Origin: a virus
Lineage: Duplodnaviria > Caudoviricetes
Length of the DNA: 64,000 nt
Reading direction: 5' to 3' (one strand)
Virus record (IMG/VR): IMGVR_UViG_3300034062_007196
Coordinates: 7,447 to 71,446 of that record
Shown here: positions 1-9,985 of the stretch, piece by piece
Layout: each line of letters starts with the position of its first letter
Numbering within the stretch: position 1 is the stretch's first letter
Notes under the pieces: generated by a model
Databases searched by the model: none
The model's input: only the letters and a program-made list of their open reading frames with translations
What the model was told of the DNA's origin: nothing
Made by a program: the position numbers and the translations under genes

Positions 1-1327
1 TTCCGTTAAGAGTTTGTTTGATTTTTTTTTCTAAGTCCTTAATACTCTTTGGAAGTTTAAAATTTTTAATCTTAATTTTAGAACCAATAAAGTCCATCAT
101 GTCAAAGGCTTTATCTGGAAACTTCCTATATGGCATGTATTTATCGCAAAGATAAATCAAATCTTTGATAATATCTTCTGAAAAATTAACATAATGAAAT
201 TCTTCAAATTGAGTTTTCGCATTTTTGATAATGTTGATGGTTTGAACAGTGTTAGGCTCATCAATAGAAACAGACTCAAAACGGCGTTTTAACGCAGAGT
301 CTTTCTCAAAGACCTTCTTGTACTCAGCATGTGTTGTAGCGCCAATACAAGTGATTTCTCCGCGAGCTAGGGCTGGTTTAATCATGTTCGCCGCATCGAG
401 AGAACCTTCTCCACTACCAGCGCCAATCACTGTATGAATTTCATCAATAAAAAGAATATAGCGACGATCTTTTTTAAGATTTTCTAAAAGACCTTGAAAT
501 CTCTCTTCGAATTGGCCTCTATATTTTGTTCCAGCAACAAGAGAACCTAAGTTAAGAGATAGAATAATCTTGCCTGATAGAAGATCAGTAGTTTCTCCAT
601 GAGTAATTTTGTGAGCTAATCCTTCAACGATTGCTGTTTTACCAACGCCAGGATCTCCAATAAGAACTGCATTGCTCTTGTTTTTTCTCAATAAAATTTC
701 AGCCAAAGCGTCGATTTCTTTTTCTCGCCCATAAACGTTGTTGAGTTTATTCTCTAAAGCTAGTTTATTTAAATCAACACAATACTTGCGAATATATTTT
801 ACATCTTCCGCTTTTTCACTCTCAATATCTACAGCCTCTTCTGTGACAACTGGTTCTTCTTGAGACATCATCTTTTGAGGACTCATTGACTCAATAAGAG
901 TATTTGCAAAACGATCTACTGGAAATTTTTTTGCAGCTAAGAATCCCCTGACAGTAGGAGAAGTCATAACTAATGAATACAGAACGTGTTCAACGCCAAT
1001 GTATTCCTGATTTAATTGCATACCAGTCTCATTAGAGAATTTTAAAATTTCTTCAACTTCGTTGTGCCAAGTTTTTTGATTGACTCTTTTCTTAAAGAAA
1101 GATGGGTGATTCTCTAAAACAAAAGGAATAACTTCAGAAGCTAAGTCATATCGGTTAACTAAGTAAGGACGAAAAAGATTATTAAATAATGGATAATCCA
1201 ATTCAAGAATCGTTTTGAATATGTGGGCACAATTAACTCTCTCATGCCCCAATTCTTTAGCGACATTTTGTGCTTGTTGAATTGCTTTTTTGACTCGCGG
1301 GGTCAAATTAAAATTTTTCATCCTCAT
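1..1327 (-). CDS. ClpA/ClpB-family AAA+ ATPase, truncated at left window edge (not in the ORF track)
   Basis: Manual translation: MRMKNFNLTPRVKKAIQQAQNVAKELGHERVNCAHIF (Clp N-domain) and GDPGVGKTAIVEG Walker A at ~625-665. Alternative start at ATG 1321. Confidence 0.9.
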   Translation of the reverse strand, partial: MRMKNFNLTPRVKKAIQQAQNVAKELGHERVNCAHIFKTILELDYPLFNNLFRPYLVNRYDLASEVIPFVLENHPSFFKKRVNQKTWHNEVEEILKFSNETGMQLNQEYIGVEHVLYSLVMTSPTVRGFLAAKKFPVDRFANTLIESMSPQKMMSQEEPVVTEEAVDIESEKAEDVKYIRKYCVDLNKLALENKLNNVYGREKEIDALAEILLRKNKSNAVLIGDPGVGKTAIVEGLAHKITHGETTDLLSGKIILSLNLGSLVAGTKYRGQFEERFQGLLENLKKDRRYILFIDEIHTVIGAGSGEGSLDAANMIKPALARGEITCIGATTHAEYKKVFEKDSALKRRFESVSIDEPNTVQTINIIKNAKTQFEEFHYVNFSEDIIKDLIYLCDKYMPYRKFPDKAFDMMDFIGSKIKIKNFKLPKSIKDLEKKIKQTLNG

Positions 1328-1337
1328 ATTTTTACAC

Positions 1338-3905
1338 TTATTTAATCTCAGATAGTTTCATATAAATCTTTTCATCTAAAATAGCCATTTTATCAATAAA
1401 AAGAATATCTTCTCCTTTACGTCCAGAAAGGATTACAATGTTTTCTTCTTTTGGTAATTTGTTGCCATTGTCCAAATATTCGGTAAGTTTAGCTTGTCTA
1501 GCAGAATCAAGAAGCATAGCTCTAATTTTGCCATTCTCATCAGAGATTTCGAGTTTAGCATATTTATTTCCATTGGCGCTTTTCTTCTTAAAGCAGTCTT
1601 TCACCACTCCTACCATACGCACGGACTCGTTAATGTCAAGGGAATTGAATGTTAGACAATCAGTGTATCGTTCTGAACTTTCTTCCGAAAAAATATCCTT
1701 GATCTTATAAGAATAAGAGTAACCAAGTAATTTGCTTTCAAAATACCAGTTAGCAAATTTAGGACTTTTGCTATTCTTGTCGTAAATTTCACGATAGCCA
1801 GCATACTTACCCTTGAATGTATCAAATCTCTTTTCATTCATGATTGGCTTGTTATCGTCCCCAACTTGTTTATTTTTAACGCAATCATGGATTGTGTTTA
1901 AAATATCGTAATTATATTTCTCACCCAAAGACATGAATAGCCTCTTTTCTCTTTCGGTTAAGATGTTAAAGGCTTGAGCCTCTAAAACTAAACGGCAACG
2001 ATCTTCTGAAAAGCTATTAAGTGCGCCAGCCTGAATCAATGCGGATAGATTACCAATGTTTAGCCCAACTTGTTTAGCTGCAATGAATACATCGTATTTA
2101 GTTTTCAAGTCTGCTTGGCAAAACTCCATAAGAGAATCAAGAGTATTGTCAGAGATTCCTTTAATGCTATTTAATCCATATCGAATATTCCTACCTTCAA
2201 TGGCGAAATCATTTTTAGACTTACTCAAATCAGGCGGCAAAAGCTTGATATTAAAGAGTTGAAGCTCCTGAGTAATCTTATTAATTTCTGCAAAAGAATC
2301 TGGTTCGAACTGACTCATTTTCAACAAACTCAAGAAAAAGTTCTGAGGATATTTAAATTTCAAATAAACCGTCCAAGCAGCAAGAATAGCGTATGAGATT
2401 GAGTGCGACTTGTTGAATGAATAGTTTGCACTATCTTCTGCGACTTTCCACAAGACTTCTGAAATAACAGGGTCTAGCTTATTTTCCTCAATCTTCTGCT
2501 TGATCTTGTCTTGCCAAGCTGCCATCTGATCAACCTTCTTCTTGCCTACGATGCGGCGAAGTTGTTCAGCTTCATCTAGGGTAAACCCAACCTTAACAGC
2601 CATTCTCATAAGCTGCTCTTGATACAAAGGAATGCCACCAGTATATTCTAGAATATCATCGAAGAATGGGTGAACGCTTTGGAAAGCTCCAGTCTCTACA
2701 TACCGAGAATATCTGTCCAAGAAATCCAAAGCTCCAGGGCGAGCAATAGCAACCACGGCAGAAAGCTGCTCTAGATTCTTTGGTTTTACTTTTTGAGCTA
2801 CTCGGAAGTTTGTATCAGCTTCAATCTGGAATAGTCCTTGTGGAGCAATTAAGTTTTGAAGGTTAGAATAAATCTCTTCGTCCCTAAGATTAACTGATAA
2901 AATATCAAGCCCAACTTGTTGACAAACATCTTGAATAACTGACAGAGTGCGAAGGCCAAGAATATCAAACTTAACACACAAACTAGCAACATTATTCATG
3001 TCGTAACCTGATACCAAATCACCTTCTCCCGTCTTTTGTAGAGGCATGATTTCTTCGAGCTTGTAATGGCTAATTGCAATGCCAGATGGGTGAACACCAG
3101 TGTTCTTGACTAAGCCTTCTAGTTTTTGAGCAACAGAGAAAATCTTTGGATTAGCATCTGCCCACTCCTTAAACTTTTCACTTTCTTCGCAAGAGTTTTT
3201 AAGAGAAGCTACTTTCCCGAACTTTTTGGGAATTAAATCGCTAACTTCATTCACGGATGTTTCTGGCAGTTCTCCAACAATTTTACCGCACTCTTTAATG
3301 CATAGTTTGCTACTTAATGTATTGAGAGTGAGAATTTTACATGTCTTACCAGCGTACTTGTTTTCAATGAATTTAATAACTTCTTGACGACGTTCGTAAG
3401 CGATGTCGTTATCAACGTCTGCTAGAAGTGAACCATCAAGAAATACTTCGCCGTTCACTTCAATCTTTCTTGCACGGCTCTTTGAAACAAATCGCTCAAA
3501 ATAAAGCTCATACTCAATCGGGTCAACCTTAGTCACCCCAATCAAATAAAGAACAAGAGAACCAGCAGCAGAGCCTCGCCCTGGGCCTGTTGGGATTTTG
3601 TTTTCGTGGCAGAAATTAAGAATGTCCCAATTCAATAGAACATAATCAATAAACCCTAGTTCTTCGAAAAGAGAAAGCTCAGTCTTAACTCGGTCATAAT
3701 AAACTTGAGCGTTTTCTTTTTTATCAATTTGTTTATCTAGAACACCTTTGTGACAAAGTTTACGAAGAAATTGATAATTAGAAGATGAATTGGGAATCTC
3801 AAGTAAATCATAGTATTTTTGGTCAATGATAATCTCTGGGAGTTTAACCCCTGGAAGAGTGGGGTTTTCATATTTTTGGAATTCGTTAATCATGTTAGAT
3901 TTCAA
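1338..3905 (-). CDS. dnaE: DNA polymerase III alpha subunit core, lacking the PHP domain
   Basis: GPGRGSAAGSLV, ADVDND and KFDILGL catalytic motifs, FNKSHS, C-terminal OB-like region. True start may be ATG 3893. Confidence 0.95.
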   Translation of the reverse strand: MKSNMINEFQKYENPTLPGVKLPEIIIDQKYYDLLEIPNSSSNYQFLRKLCHKGVLDKQIDKKENAQVYYDRVKTELSLFEELGFIDYVLLNWDILNFCHENKIPTGPGRGSAAGSLVLYLIGVTKVDPIEYELYFERFVSKSRARKIEVNGEVFLDGSLLADVDNDIAYERRQEVIKFIENKYAGKTCKILTLNTLSSKLCIKECGKIVGELPETSVNEVSDLIPKKFGKVASLKNSCEESEKFKEWADANPKIFSVAQKLEGLVKNTGVHPSGIAISHYKLEEIMPLQKTGEGDLVSGYDMNNVASLCVKFDILGLRTLSVIQDVCQQVGLDILSVNLRDEEIYSNLQNLIAPQGLFQIEADTNFRVAQKVKPKNLEQLSAVVAIARPGALDFLDRYSRYVETGAFQSVHPFFDDILEYTGGIPLYQEQLMRMAVKVGFTLDEAEQLRRIVGKKKVDQMAAWQDKIKQKIEENKLDPVISEVLWKVAEDSANYSFNKSHSISYAILAAWTVYLKFKYPQNFFLSLLKMSQFEPDSFAEINKITQELQLFNIKLLPPDLSKSKNDFAIEGRNIRYGLNSIKGISDNTLDSLMEFCQADLKTKYDVFIAAKQVGLNIGNLSALIQAGALNSFSEDRCRLVLEAQAFNILTEREKRLFMSLGEKYNYDILNTIHDCVKNKQVGDDNKPIMNEKRFDTFKGKYAGYREIYDKNSKSPKFANWYFESKLLGYSYSYKIKDIFSEESSERYTDCLTFNSLDINESVRMVGVVKDCFKKKSANGNKYAKLEISDENGKIRAMLLDSARQAKLTEYLDNGNKLPKEENIVILSGRKGEDILFIDKMAILDEKIYMKLSEIK

Positions 3906-4530
3906 TGTCGTAAATTTGCTTTTGGAAAATTTGAAAAGTCATTTCAATATCGTAAAGAGCGTCATGCAGTTTGCTTGCATCATGAGGAATCTCGTAATGT
4001 TTAAGCAAGTGAGCTTGGCTAGTTTTTATTCCTTTTTCGCGATAGTTGAGCCAACGATACTGCCAAGAAATTAAATCATCAGACTCAACAGTTTTAACTT
4101 CTTTAGCAATTGACATGGCCAAAGCTTTCGTATCTAATACTCTACGAATATAGCTGAAGCACGCTTCTTGTCCACAAGACTTTCTCAAAGAATTAAGCAT
4201 GTAAACATCAAAACCAAGAATATTCTGGCCGATAATTTTATTCTCTTTATTTTCTAAGATTGGCCAGAATTCACTGATTACTTCTTCTGGACTCACTGCT
4301 AGTCTCTTGTATTTACCGTAATCAAATCCAGTGATTCTTGCGGCTTCTTCTGAAACTTTTAAGTCAGGCCACCAGATGTATCTTTCGTGTCTGGCAATAA
4401 TTTTTTTACCTACAGCTTCAATCCAAGCTAATTGCCAAGGACGAGAACGCAAAAGATTAAGTCCTTCTGTCTCTGTGTCGAGAACAACATACTTTTGATT
4501 AAAATTAAAACGAAGCAAATTATCTTTCAT
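3895..4530 (-). CDS. dnaQ: DEDDh 3'-5' exonuclease (epsilon/DnaQ-like)
   Basis: ExoI VLDTETEG, ExoII GQNILGFD, ExoIII HDALYD. Confidence 0.9.
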   Translation of the reverse strand: MKDNLLRFNFNQKYVVLDTETEGLNLLRSRPWQLAWIEAVGKKIIARHERYIWWPDLKVSEEAARITGFDYGKYKRLAVSPEEVISEFWPILENKENKIIGQNILGFDVYMLNSLRKSCGQEACFSYIRRVLDTKALAMSIAKEVKTVESDDLISWQYRWLNYREKGIKTSQAHLLKHYEIPHDASKLHDALYDIEMTFQIFQKQIYDIEI

Positions 4531-5278
4531 ATTCTTGGAAGGCTTGCCAGCAAAAAGAATCGCTGCCGCAATGGTTAAGGTTAGGGTTTGATAGTGACTG
4601 TTGTTTTCCGAAACTGCGATTGCAGAGACATTTGTAAGTTTGCCAAGCTTCGAAATCTTTCCTATCTTTATAATAGATTGATTTGACTTGTTCTATTTTT
4701 AGAACTTCTTTTTCCGAAAAGACAACAATTTTTTCTGTTAAAATCTCATCGAAAGGCAAATCGTTATCTTCAATGAATAGAGTCGCTTTAGTAAACTTGA
4801 AATCAGGCACGCACTTTGAGCCAATAAAGTGATTCATGTAAATAAATGAATCATAAAATGGGATGCATAATTTAAGTGAATCCTCATGCCAATACTTGTT
4901 CAAAAGTTCGCTATCAACAAATCCCGCTGATTCTTGATTAGCGATAGAATAGATTTGAGTTAAATGTTTTACACCTTCATCATTTTTTGCCATAATGATT
5001 ATTTTATGAAGGCTTTCTTTCCGAGACTGTTCATTATTTCGGTCATTGCAGCAGTTCAATCTTAGGCCAAAGATTAGCTGAATATCATTTTCTTTACATC
5101 GTTGATGCGCGTCAATGAACCCAATCATTGAGTCTTCTACTAGGAAGACCGACTTTAGATTGTTTTCTTTTGCAATAGAGATGACACTATCGGGACCGCC
5201 AGCTTTTGTTTTACTTGGGTCTTGTAGTGTTAGTATTGACTTACCAATACTATAAGTTGTTTTGAACAGCGGAATCAT
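4520..5278 (-). CDS. Stand-alone PHP domain of DnaE (N-terminal part of split polymerase), metal ligands degenerate
   Basis: IIIMAKNDEGVKHL resembles DnaE LLAKNxxGYxNL; KSIYYKDRKDFEA resembles NDVHYLxxEDxxA; N-terminal FKTTYSIGKSIL replaces HLHVHSxYSLL. Confidence 0.8.
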   Translation of the reverse strand: MIPLFKTTYSIGKSILTLQDPSKTKAGGPDSVISIAKENNLKSVFLVEDSMIGFIDAHQRCKENDIQLIFGLRLNCCNDRNNEQSRKESLHKIIIMAKNDEGVKHLTQIYSIANQESAGFVDSELLNKYWHEDSLKLCIPFYDSFIYMNHFIGSKCVPDFKFTKATLFIEDNDLPFDEILTEKIVVFSEKEVLKIEQVKSIYYKDRKDFEAWQTYKCLCNRSFGKQQSLSNPNLNHCGSDSFCWQAFQEYER

Positions 5279-5283
5279 GCTAA

Positions 5284-5312
5284 ATTATAGCATAGTACGT
5301 TGCTCAAGTCAA
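5284..5312 (-). promoter_or_regulatory. sigma70-type promoter with extended -10
   Basis: Minus strand TTGACT-17 nt-TATAAT preceded by TGC, 5 nt before ATG 5278. Confidence 0.8.
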
Positions 5313-5318
5313 GAACTT

Positions 5319-6347
5319 TTACCGTTTTTGATGGCCAGGGCAACCCGAATAATAAACAGTCTGATACAAGAACTGATCTTCTGGATATTTTTTAGTGTAT
5401 TCGTCAAAGTCTTCTAAGAAGCAAGAAGCTACCATATTGCCTTGCATATCGTTAATTTTATAATAATAAAAATCAAACTTATATGGACAATGGTACATTA
5501 CGCTACCATCTTTTTTCAACTGTCCTTTATGAGTGGCTCTTCCGCATTGTAATGGACCACCAAAGGAATTATCTTTTGGATAGTCTCTGCGAGCCGCAAG
5601 ATCAGAGAAGGCGTCTTTAATCGAAAAATTATCAAGATACTTTTGGATTTGAGTTAATTCTAATTCAAAGCCGCGCAATTCTTCATCCGTCAATTCGTCC
5701 ATTTGAATGACTCCTTTTGGTTCTGGCAAAAACTTCAAGAATAAAAATTCAGAGCGAGTCAATTTATACTCAGGAAATTTCTTTCTCACTGCTAATGCAT
5801 ACATGAGGTCTTGAAGATTATTTTCAATCTCTTTTCCTTTAAATGGTTCTTTGCTGCTTTTAAAGTCGCGGATAATTGCTAAACCCTTCTTCTTATATAG
5901 AAAGAGTTTGTCAATAAAACCTTTGATTTTGTAGCTTACTTCATTGTCTTGGTAATTGAAATCAAAATCTTCTTCGCTCAAAGCTTGAGTAGGTTTGCCC
6001 TCAGCATTGCCAAAGAAATCGTATTCTAGTCCAGCCAACGTCATTGTCTTAATTTGCTGGATATTGTCTTCTGAATCTACACTGTCTCTGCGAGCGTGCT
6101 TCATTACCATTCTCTCAATAGCTTTGCTCGCAAAAATATCCTGCTTCTTGATGATAAGATCGTAGTGTTTTTTGTGGCGCTTTTCTCCTAGGCATTCAAA
6201 AACCAAGTGGCAAATTGACCCCCTGGAGCTTCCTTCATTACCTTTATCTGGCAATTTTAAATGGTATTTGCACCAGTATAACCAACTGCAACTTTGTGCA
6301 GTTTTAATTCTACTAGCAGATAATGGAGTCTTGGCTTTATGTGACAT
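5319..6347 (-). CDS. PD-(D/E)XK (RecB/AddB-like) exonuclease
   Basis: LSASRIKTAQSCSWLYW N-terminus; GFIDKLF...IRDFKSS nuclease motifs; C-terminal Cys residues. Confidence 0.85.
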   Translation of the reverse strand: MSHKAKTPLSASRIKTAQSCSWLYWCKYHLKLPDKGNEGSSRGSICHLVFECLGEKRHKKHYDLIIKKQDIFASKAIERMVMKHARRDSVDSEDNIQQIKTMTLAGLEYDFFGNAEGKPTQALSEEDFDFNYQDNEVSYKIKGFIDKLFLYKKKGLAIIRDFKSSKEPFKGKEIENNLQDLMYALAVRKKFPEYKLTRSEFLFLKFLPEPKGVIQMDELTDEELRGFELELTQIQKYLDNFSIKDAFSDLAARRDYPKDNSFGGPLQCGRATHKGQLKKDGSVMYHCPYKFDFYYYKINDMQGNMVASCFLEDFDEYTKKYPEDQFLYQTVYYSGCPGHQKR

Positions 6348-7095
6348 TATTTTTTAAATATTCTTGTAATTTTTTATATGCCTCTTCTTCTGTTGAAGCT
6401 TGTCCTACATGTTTGTTTTTATATCTGATGCGGTAGCAATTTCTTTCTTTAGAAAAATAAACTCCTTTATATTTAGAGGTATAAAAATCACTCGATCTTT
6501 CATAAAAAGAATTGAAACATTTATTTACCTGTTCATCAGAATATAAAGATTGATGAAAATTTGTTTTACTCTCTCGACCATAAAAATATATAGCCATCAT
6601 ATCGTACGTTTTCGCAGCCTCTTCTTCTAGTAAAAAAACTTTTTTATATTTTTTCTTTTGAAAAGCTATTTCGCACGAAAATGATGAGCTTTTTTGATTC
6701 TTATAAACTCCAATAAAATGAGATGATGAATTTTTTAATTTACTTACTCCTTGATTTCCACACGATAATTTGTAAGATAATTCTGGACTTGCGATACGGA
6801 AAGAACTTTTTAATTTTAGATTATATCCATTAGGAGCTAGGGTTTTAAGCTTTAAAATCAATTTTGTTTCTTCTTTTAAAAGCTGATTAATACAAGAATT
6901 ATTTAACTCCTTGAAGATTTCAAATTTAAAATTTTCATGTCCATATTTTTTAATAGCAGAATGAATTGGGTTTTTATTTTTGCCTTTTAATGCTTTTGAT
7001 TTGTGTTCAATCCATCTCCTATGTGGATTTTTCTGCGTAGTGATTCCAACATACTGCTTATTATTCAATAAGTTGGTTATTAAATATAAATACAT
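6337..7095 (-). CDS. Free-standing GIY-YIG homing endonuclease with two AP2-like DNA-binding domains
   Basis: YLYLITNLLNNKQYVGIT, RRWIEH, PNGYN; AP2-like SSHFIGVY...EEEAAKTYD and TSKYKGVY...EEEAY; AT-rich. Confidence 0.85.
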   Translation of the reverse strand: MYLYLITNLLNNKQYVGITTQKNPHRRWIEHKSKALKGKNKNPIHSAIKKYGHENFKFEIFKELNNSCINQLLKEETKLILKLKTLAPNGYNLKLKSSFRIASPELSYKLSCGNQGVSKLKNSSSHFIGVYKNQKSSSFSCEIAFQKKKYKKVFLLEEEAAKTYDMMAIYFYGRESKTNFHQSLYSDEQVNKCFNSFYERSSDFYTSKYKGVYFSKERNCYRIRYKNKHVGQASTEEEAYKKLQEYLKNNVT

Positions 7096-7167
7096 GCAAT
7101 ATATTACACTTAAACACCCTCTTTTTGCTCCATTTATTTTTAGATTCCAAAATTTTTATAGTAAAAT

Positions 7168-7404
7168 TTATTCGATTTCAGACCATGCAGCAAAAGTTTC
7201 AAACCAATCTTCTACGAATCTTTCATCATTAGGACAAAGCTTTTTCATGTTTTCTGCAAAAGCTTCTTTATTATTAAGAATTGCTTCGCAAAATTCATCT
7301 ACAGACATTTTTGTTGGATAGCATTCAGCAGTTGTATCTTCTCTAATTGGTTGGCCGAAAAACATTCTATTGTGCTGATTTGTTTCATTTAATGAATCAT
7401 TCAT
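7168..7404 (-). CDS. hypothetical protein
   Basis: 78-aa ORF in operon position, overlapping the primase stop. Confidence 0.6.
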   Translation of the reverse strand: MNDSLNETNQHNRMFFGQPIREDTTAECYPTKMSVDEFCEAILNNKEAFAENMKKLCPNDERFVEDWFETFAAWSEIE

Positions 7405-8467
7405 AATCTTCGATTTTATTTAAAAATTTCTTAAGTTTTTTGTCTTGGAAAGAACTACGGTTGAGTAAGCAGAATTCTTTATAGTCATGTAGTTTTTGTT
7501 CCTGTGAAGCTTGCGGAGCATTATACCAATCAGCAAAGGATATTTCTTGCTGCCTCATTTCGCCAAAGTCATTAGCCCAAGGAAGCTGAATTGAAAGTTG
7601 ATTAAAGTCAAAAAACTGACTCAACTTCATGTAATTTTTTAACGCTGAAATTTTACCATAGTTCTTTTGTTTTTCATTATCATTGTTTGTGGCAATAATG
7701 ATCTTATCTAAGCTTTTAGAGCATAGATAATTTAACAAGGAAGGTGAGCAGTCTAACCCAAAAGTAACTAAGTTATTCGCATAACCCTCTTCTGTTAAAG
7801 CTAAACTATCACCAACACTTTCAACCAAAATTACTTCGCGCTTTTCTTCAATTAATTTATCAACAGTTTTTTCTTGAGGAACGAAGGCTGGATAAATCCA
7901 ACGAGTTTTTGTTCCAATATGCTTCCATTTTGGAGCATTATTAGAATCATTAATTTTTCTACCACTAAATCCAATAACTTGTTGCAAATCATTATAAATG
8001 GGGAAAACCATTCTCTGATACATTTGACCAGCAGATGCTAAACCGCATTTATATTTCTCTTGAGTCTGCTCAGAGATTTCCCGCTTCTTATAAAAAGAAT
8101 AATTGGGAAATAGTCTCTTGAGACATTCTTCTGGGTAAACTTTATCCATTTCGACTTTTTCTTTTACTACATATTGAATTTCAGAACTATTGACACTGCC
8201 AACATATTCTTTAATTACTTTAGGGTCTTTGGTTTTGAGTGTTAGTTCTACTAGTTTTTGAAATGGCATTGAGCCGTTTCCTTGAACATAGTCTTGCCAA
8301 ACCCCTGTATTCTTATACACTTTTAAAGCGCTAGGGTTATCGCCTCCGCGATAAATTGCTTTAGTTCTCCAGTGATTTCCAAAATCCTTTAGGGAATATC
8401 CCATTCTCTCTAAAGAATTTTTGATTTCATCAGAGTTCATCAAAATCTGGTGCTGTGTTTCTTCCAT
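7397..8467 (-). CDS. dnaG: DnaG-like primase with degenerate motifs
   Basis: RMVFPIY...IGFSGR, PKWKH, TOPRIM VILVESVGDSLAL; directly downstream of dnaB. Confidence 0.8.
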   Translation of the reverse strand: MEETQHQILMNSDEIKNSLERMGYSLKDFGNHWRTKAIYRGGDNPSALKVYKNTGVWQDYVQGNGSMPFQKLVELTLKTKDPKVIKEYVGSVNSSEIQYVVKEKVEMDKVYPEECLKRLFPNYSFYKKREISEQTQEKYKCGLASAGQMYQRMVFPIYNDLQQVIGFSGRKINDSNNAPKWKHIGTKTRWIYPAFVPQEKTVDKLIEEKREVILVESVGDSLALTEEGYANNLVTFGLDCSPSLLNYLCSKSLDKIIIATNNDNEKQKNYGKISALKNYMKLSQFFDFNQLSIQLPWANDFGEMRQQEISFADWYNAPQASQEQKLHDYKEFCLLNRSSFQDKKLKKFLNKIEDYE

Positions 8468-9947
8468 TTTGTTCTACCTCCTCATCTAATCCGTTAAATG
8501 AAACAATATCTCTTAAGTCTCCGCGCTCAGTAATGCAGAAGTTCTTGAACTCAAGATTAATAAAATTCTTGCGCAGGGTATCTCCAACTCGCACTGGTTC
8601 AACAGCGCCCATTACATCGCGTCCTAAGTGTCTTGCTTTGACATTAATGAGCTTGTGGGTACCAAACCTTGTTCCCTCATTCAGAATCTCGTCAGCAGTC
8701 TTATTTCGCAGAATAAACATGTGTGAACAAAACTGAGTAATTCGGTCAGACAATGACACGATGCTTTCGTCATCAACAATGTTTTGGGAATTACGATTGT
8801 TTGTGATACCGCTTCGGTTTGACTGAACGGAAGTAATCATGGGAATAATGGGCGCATTATTGTACAAAATATCTTTTTGGACGCAGCGTTTGAACTTGTC
8901 AACCATTTCGCCAACAAGTTGCCATTCATTTTTATTACCAGATGAGCTTTCAGAGGTTGTTTTAATATAGTCAAAGCTGAAAATCATCTTATTGCCTCGA
9001 CCAACCTTTGAATAATAAAAACGCTTAAGAGTGTTAATCATGGAATCAACATCCATGCCACCAACATTATAATAGTAAAATTGCAATTTTTTAACTTTGC
9101 TCCAAACAGAACGAACCTTATCAACAGTCTCTTTTCCTGCTCGTAGCCACTGACCACTTTCAATCAAGTGCATGGGAACTCCGCTCAAAGCTGAACACTG
9201 GCGCATAATAAGCTCTTCCTTGCTCATTTCACCGTTGTCAAAATGAAGCACTGCGACATTGTATAGCAAACTAACCTTGGTGCTGTAATCCATGCAAAAT
9301 TGAGTCTTACCAACACCGCTTCGCGCAACTACAACAGTAATATTTCCAGGGCGAAGTAATGAACCATAGATTTCGTTGATTTTGGTGTGTGGCCCCATCA
9401 TGCCAAACTCTTCAACAGGGTTAGCTCCACGCTCTTCAATTAGAGCTTCCATTTCATCATAGATGTTTTCTGGAGAGTCGTTTCCAACTTCGTATTGATT
9501 AATACGATTATTATATTCTTTATCAGCAATAGAAATAATTTCACCATAACTACTTTCTGGTGAAATCGTTCTCATCTTCTTCGCGATTGATTGCGAAGAT
9601 TCATGAATCTCTCTGCGGATTGTATATTTCTTGAGTTCTTTAGCGGTCTTAATTAAACTGCCTTCCGAGACTTTTCTCATGCCAAGAGATTTAACATACT
9701 CAGCGACATTAATAACATCATCAAATGAGATGCCTAAGCTCTGAACTCTTTGTGCAATAATTACATCGTCAATATCTTCGTGAGCTTCTAGAGCTTGCTT
9801 GACGATTGTGAAGATTGTTTTATTTAGGGAATTATCTTCACTATAAAAATCACGTTCGCTAACAAAAGCGGAAATGTCAAAATATGATTCGGGATTTTTA
9901 ATTAGGCCAGCTAGTAGCTGTTTTTCAAGTTCGTAAGAGTAAATCAT
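8430..9947 (-). CDS. dnaB: DnaB-like replicative helicase
   Basis: Walker A VARSGVGKT, NGEMSKEEL, FDYIK, SVQSNR; no intein apparent. Confidence 0.92.
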   Translation of the reverse strand: MIYSYELEKQLLAGLIKNPESYFDISAFVSERDFYSEDNSLNKTIFTIVKQALEAHEDIDDVIIAQRVQSLGISFDDVINVAEYVKSLGMRKVSEGSLIKTAKELKKYTIRREIHESSQSIAKKMRTISPESSYGEIISIADKEYNNRINQYEVGNDSPENIYDEMEALIEERGANPVEEFGMMGPHTKINEIYGSLLRPGNITVVVARSGVGKTQFCMDYSTKVSLLYNVAVLHFDNGEMSKEELIMRQCSALSGVPMHLIESGQWLRAGKETVDKVRSVWSKVKKLQFYYYNVGGMDVDSMINTLKRFYYSKVGRGNKMIFSFDYIKTTSESSSGNKNEWQLVGEMVDKFKRCVQKDILYNNAPIIPMITSVQSNRSGITNNRNSQNIVDDESIVSLSDRITQFCSHMFILRNKTADEILNEGTRFGTHKLINVKARHLGRDVMGAVEPVRVGDTLRKNFINLEFKNFCITERGDLRDIVSFNGLDEEVEQNGRNTAPDFDEL

Positions 9948-9956
9948 GCTAGCAAT

Positions 9957-9985
9957 ACGCTACAGCACTTACTCTTCTTCGTCAA
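9957..9985 (-). promoter_or_regulatory. sigma70-type promoter
   Basis: TTGACG-17 nt-TAGCGT, 9 nt before the dnaB ATG. Confidence 0.5.

Noticed and set aside
249-437. 62-aa plus-strand ORF
   Set aside because: Antisense shadow of the Clp ATPase.
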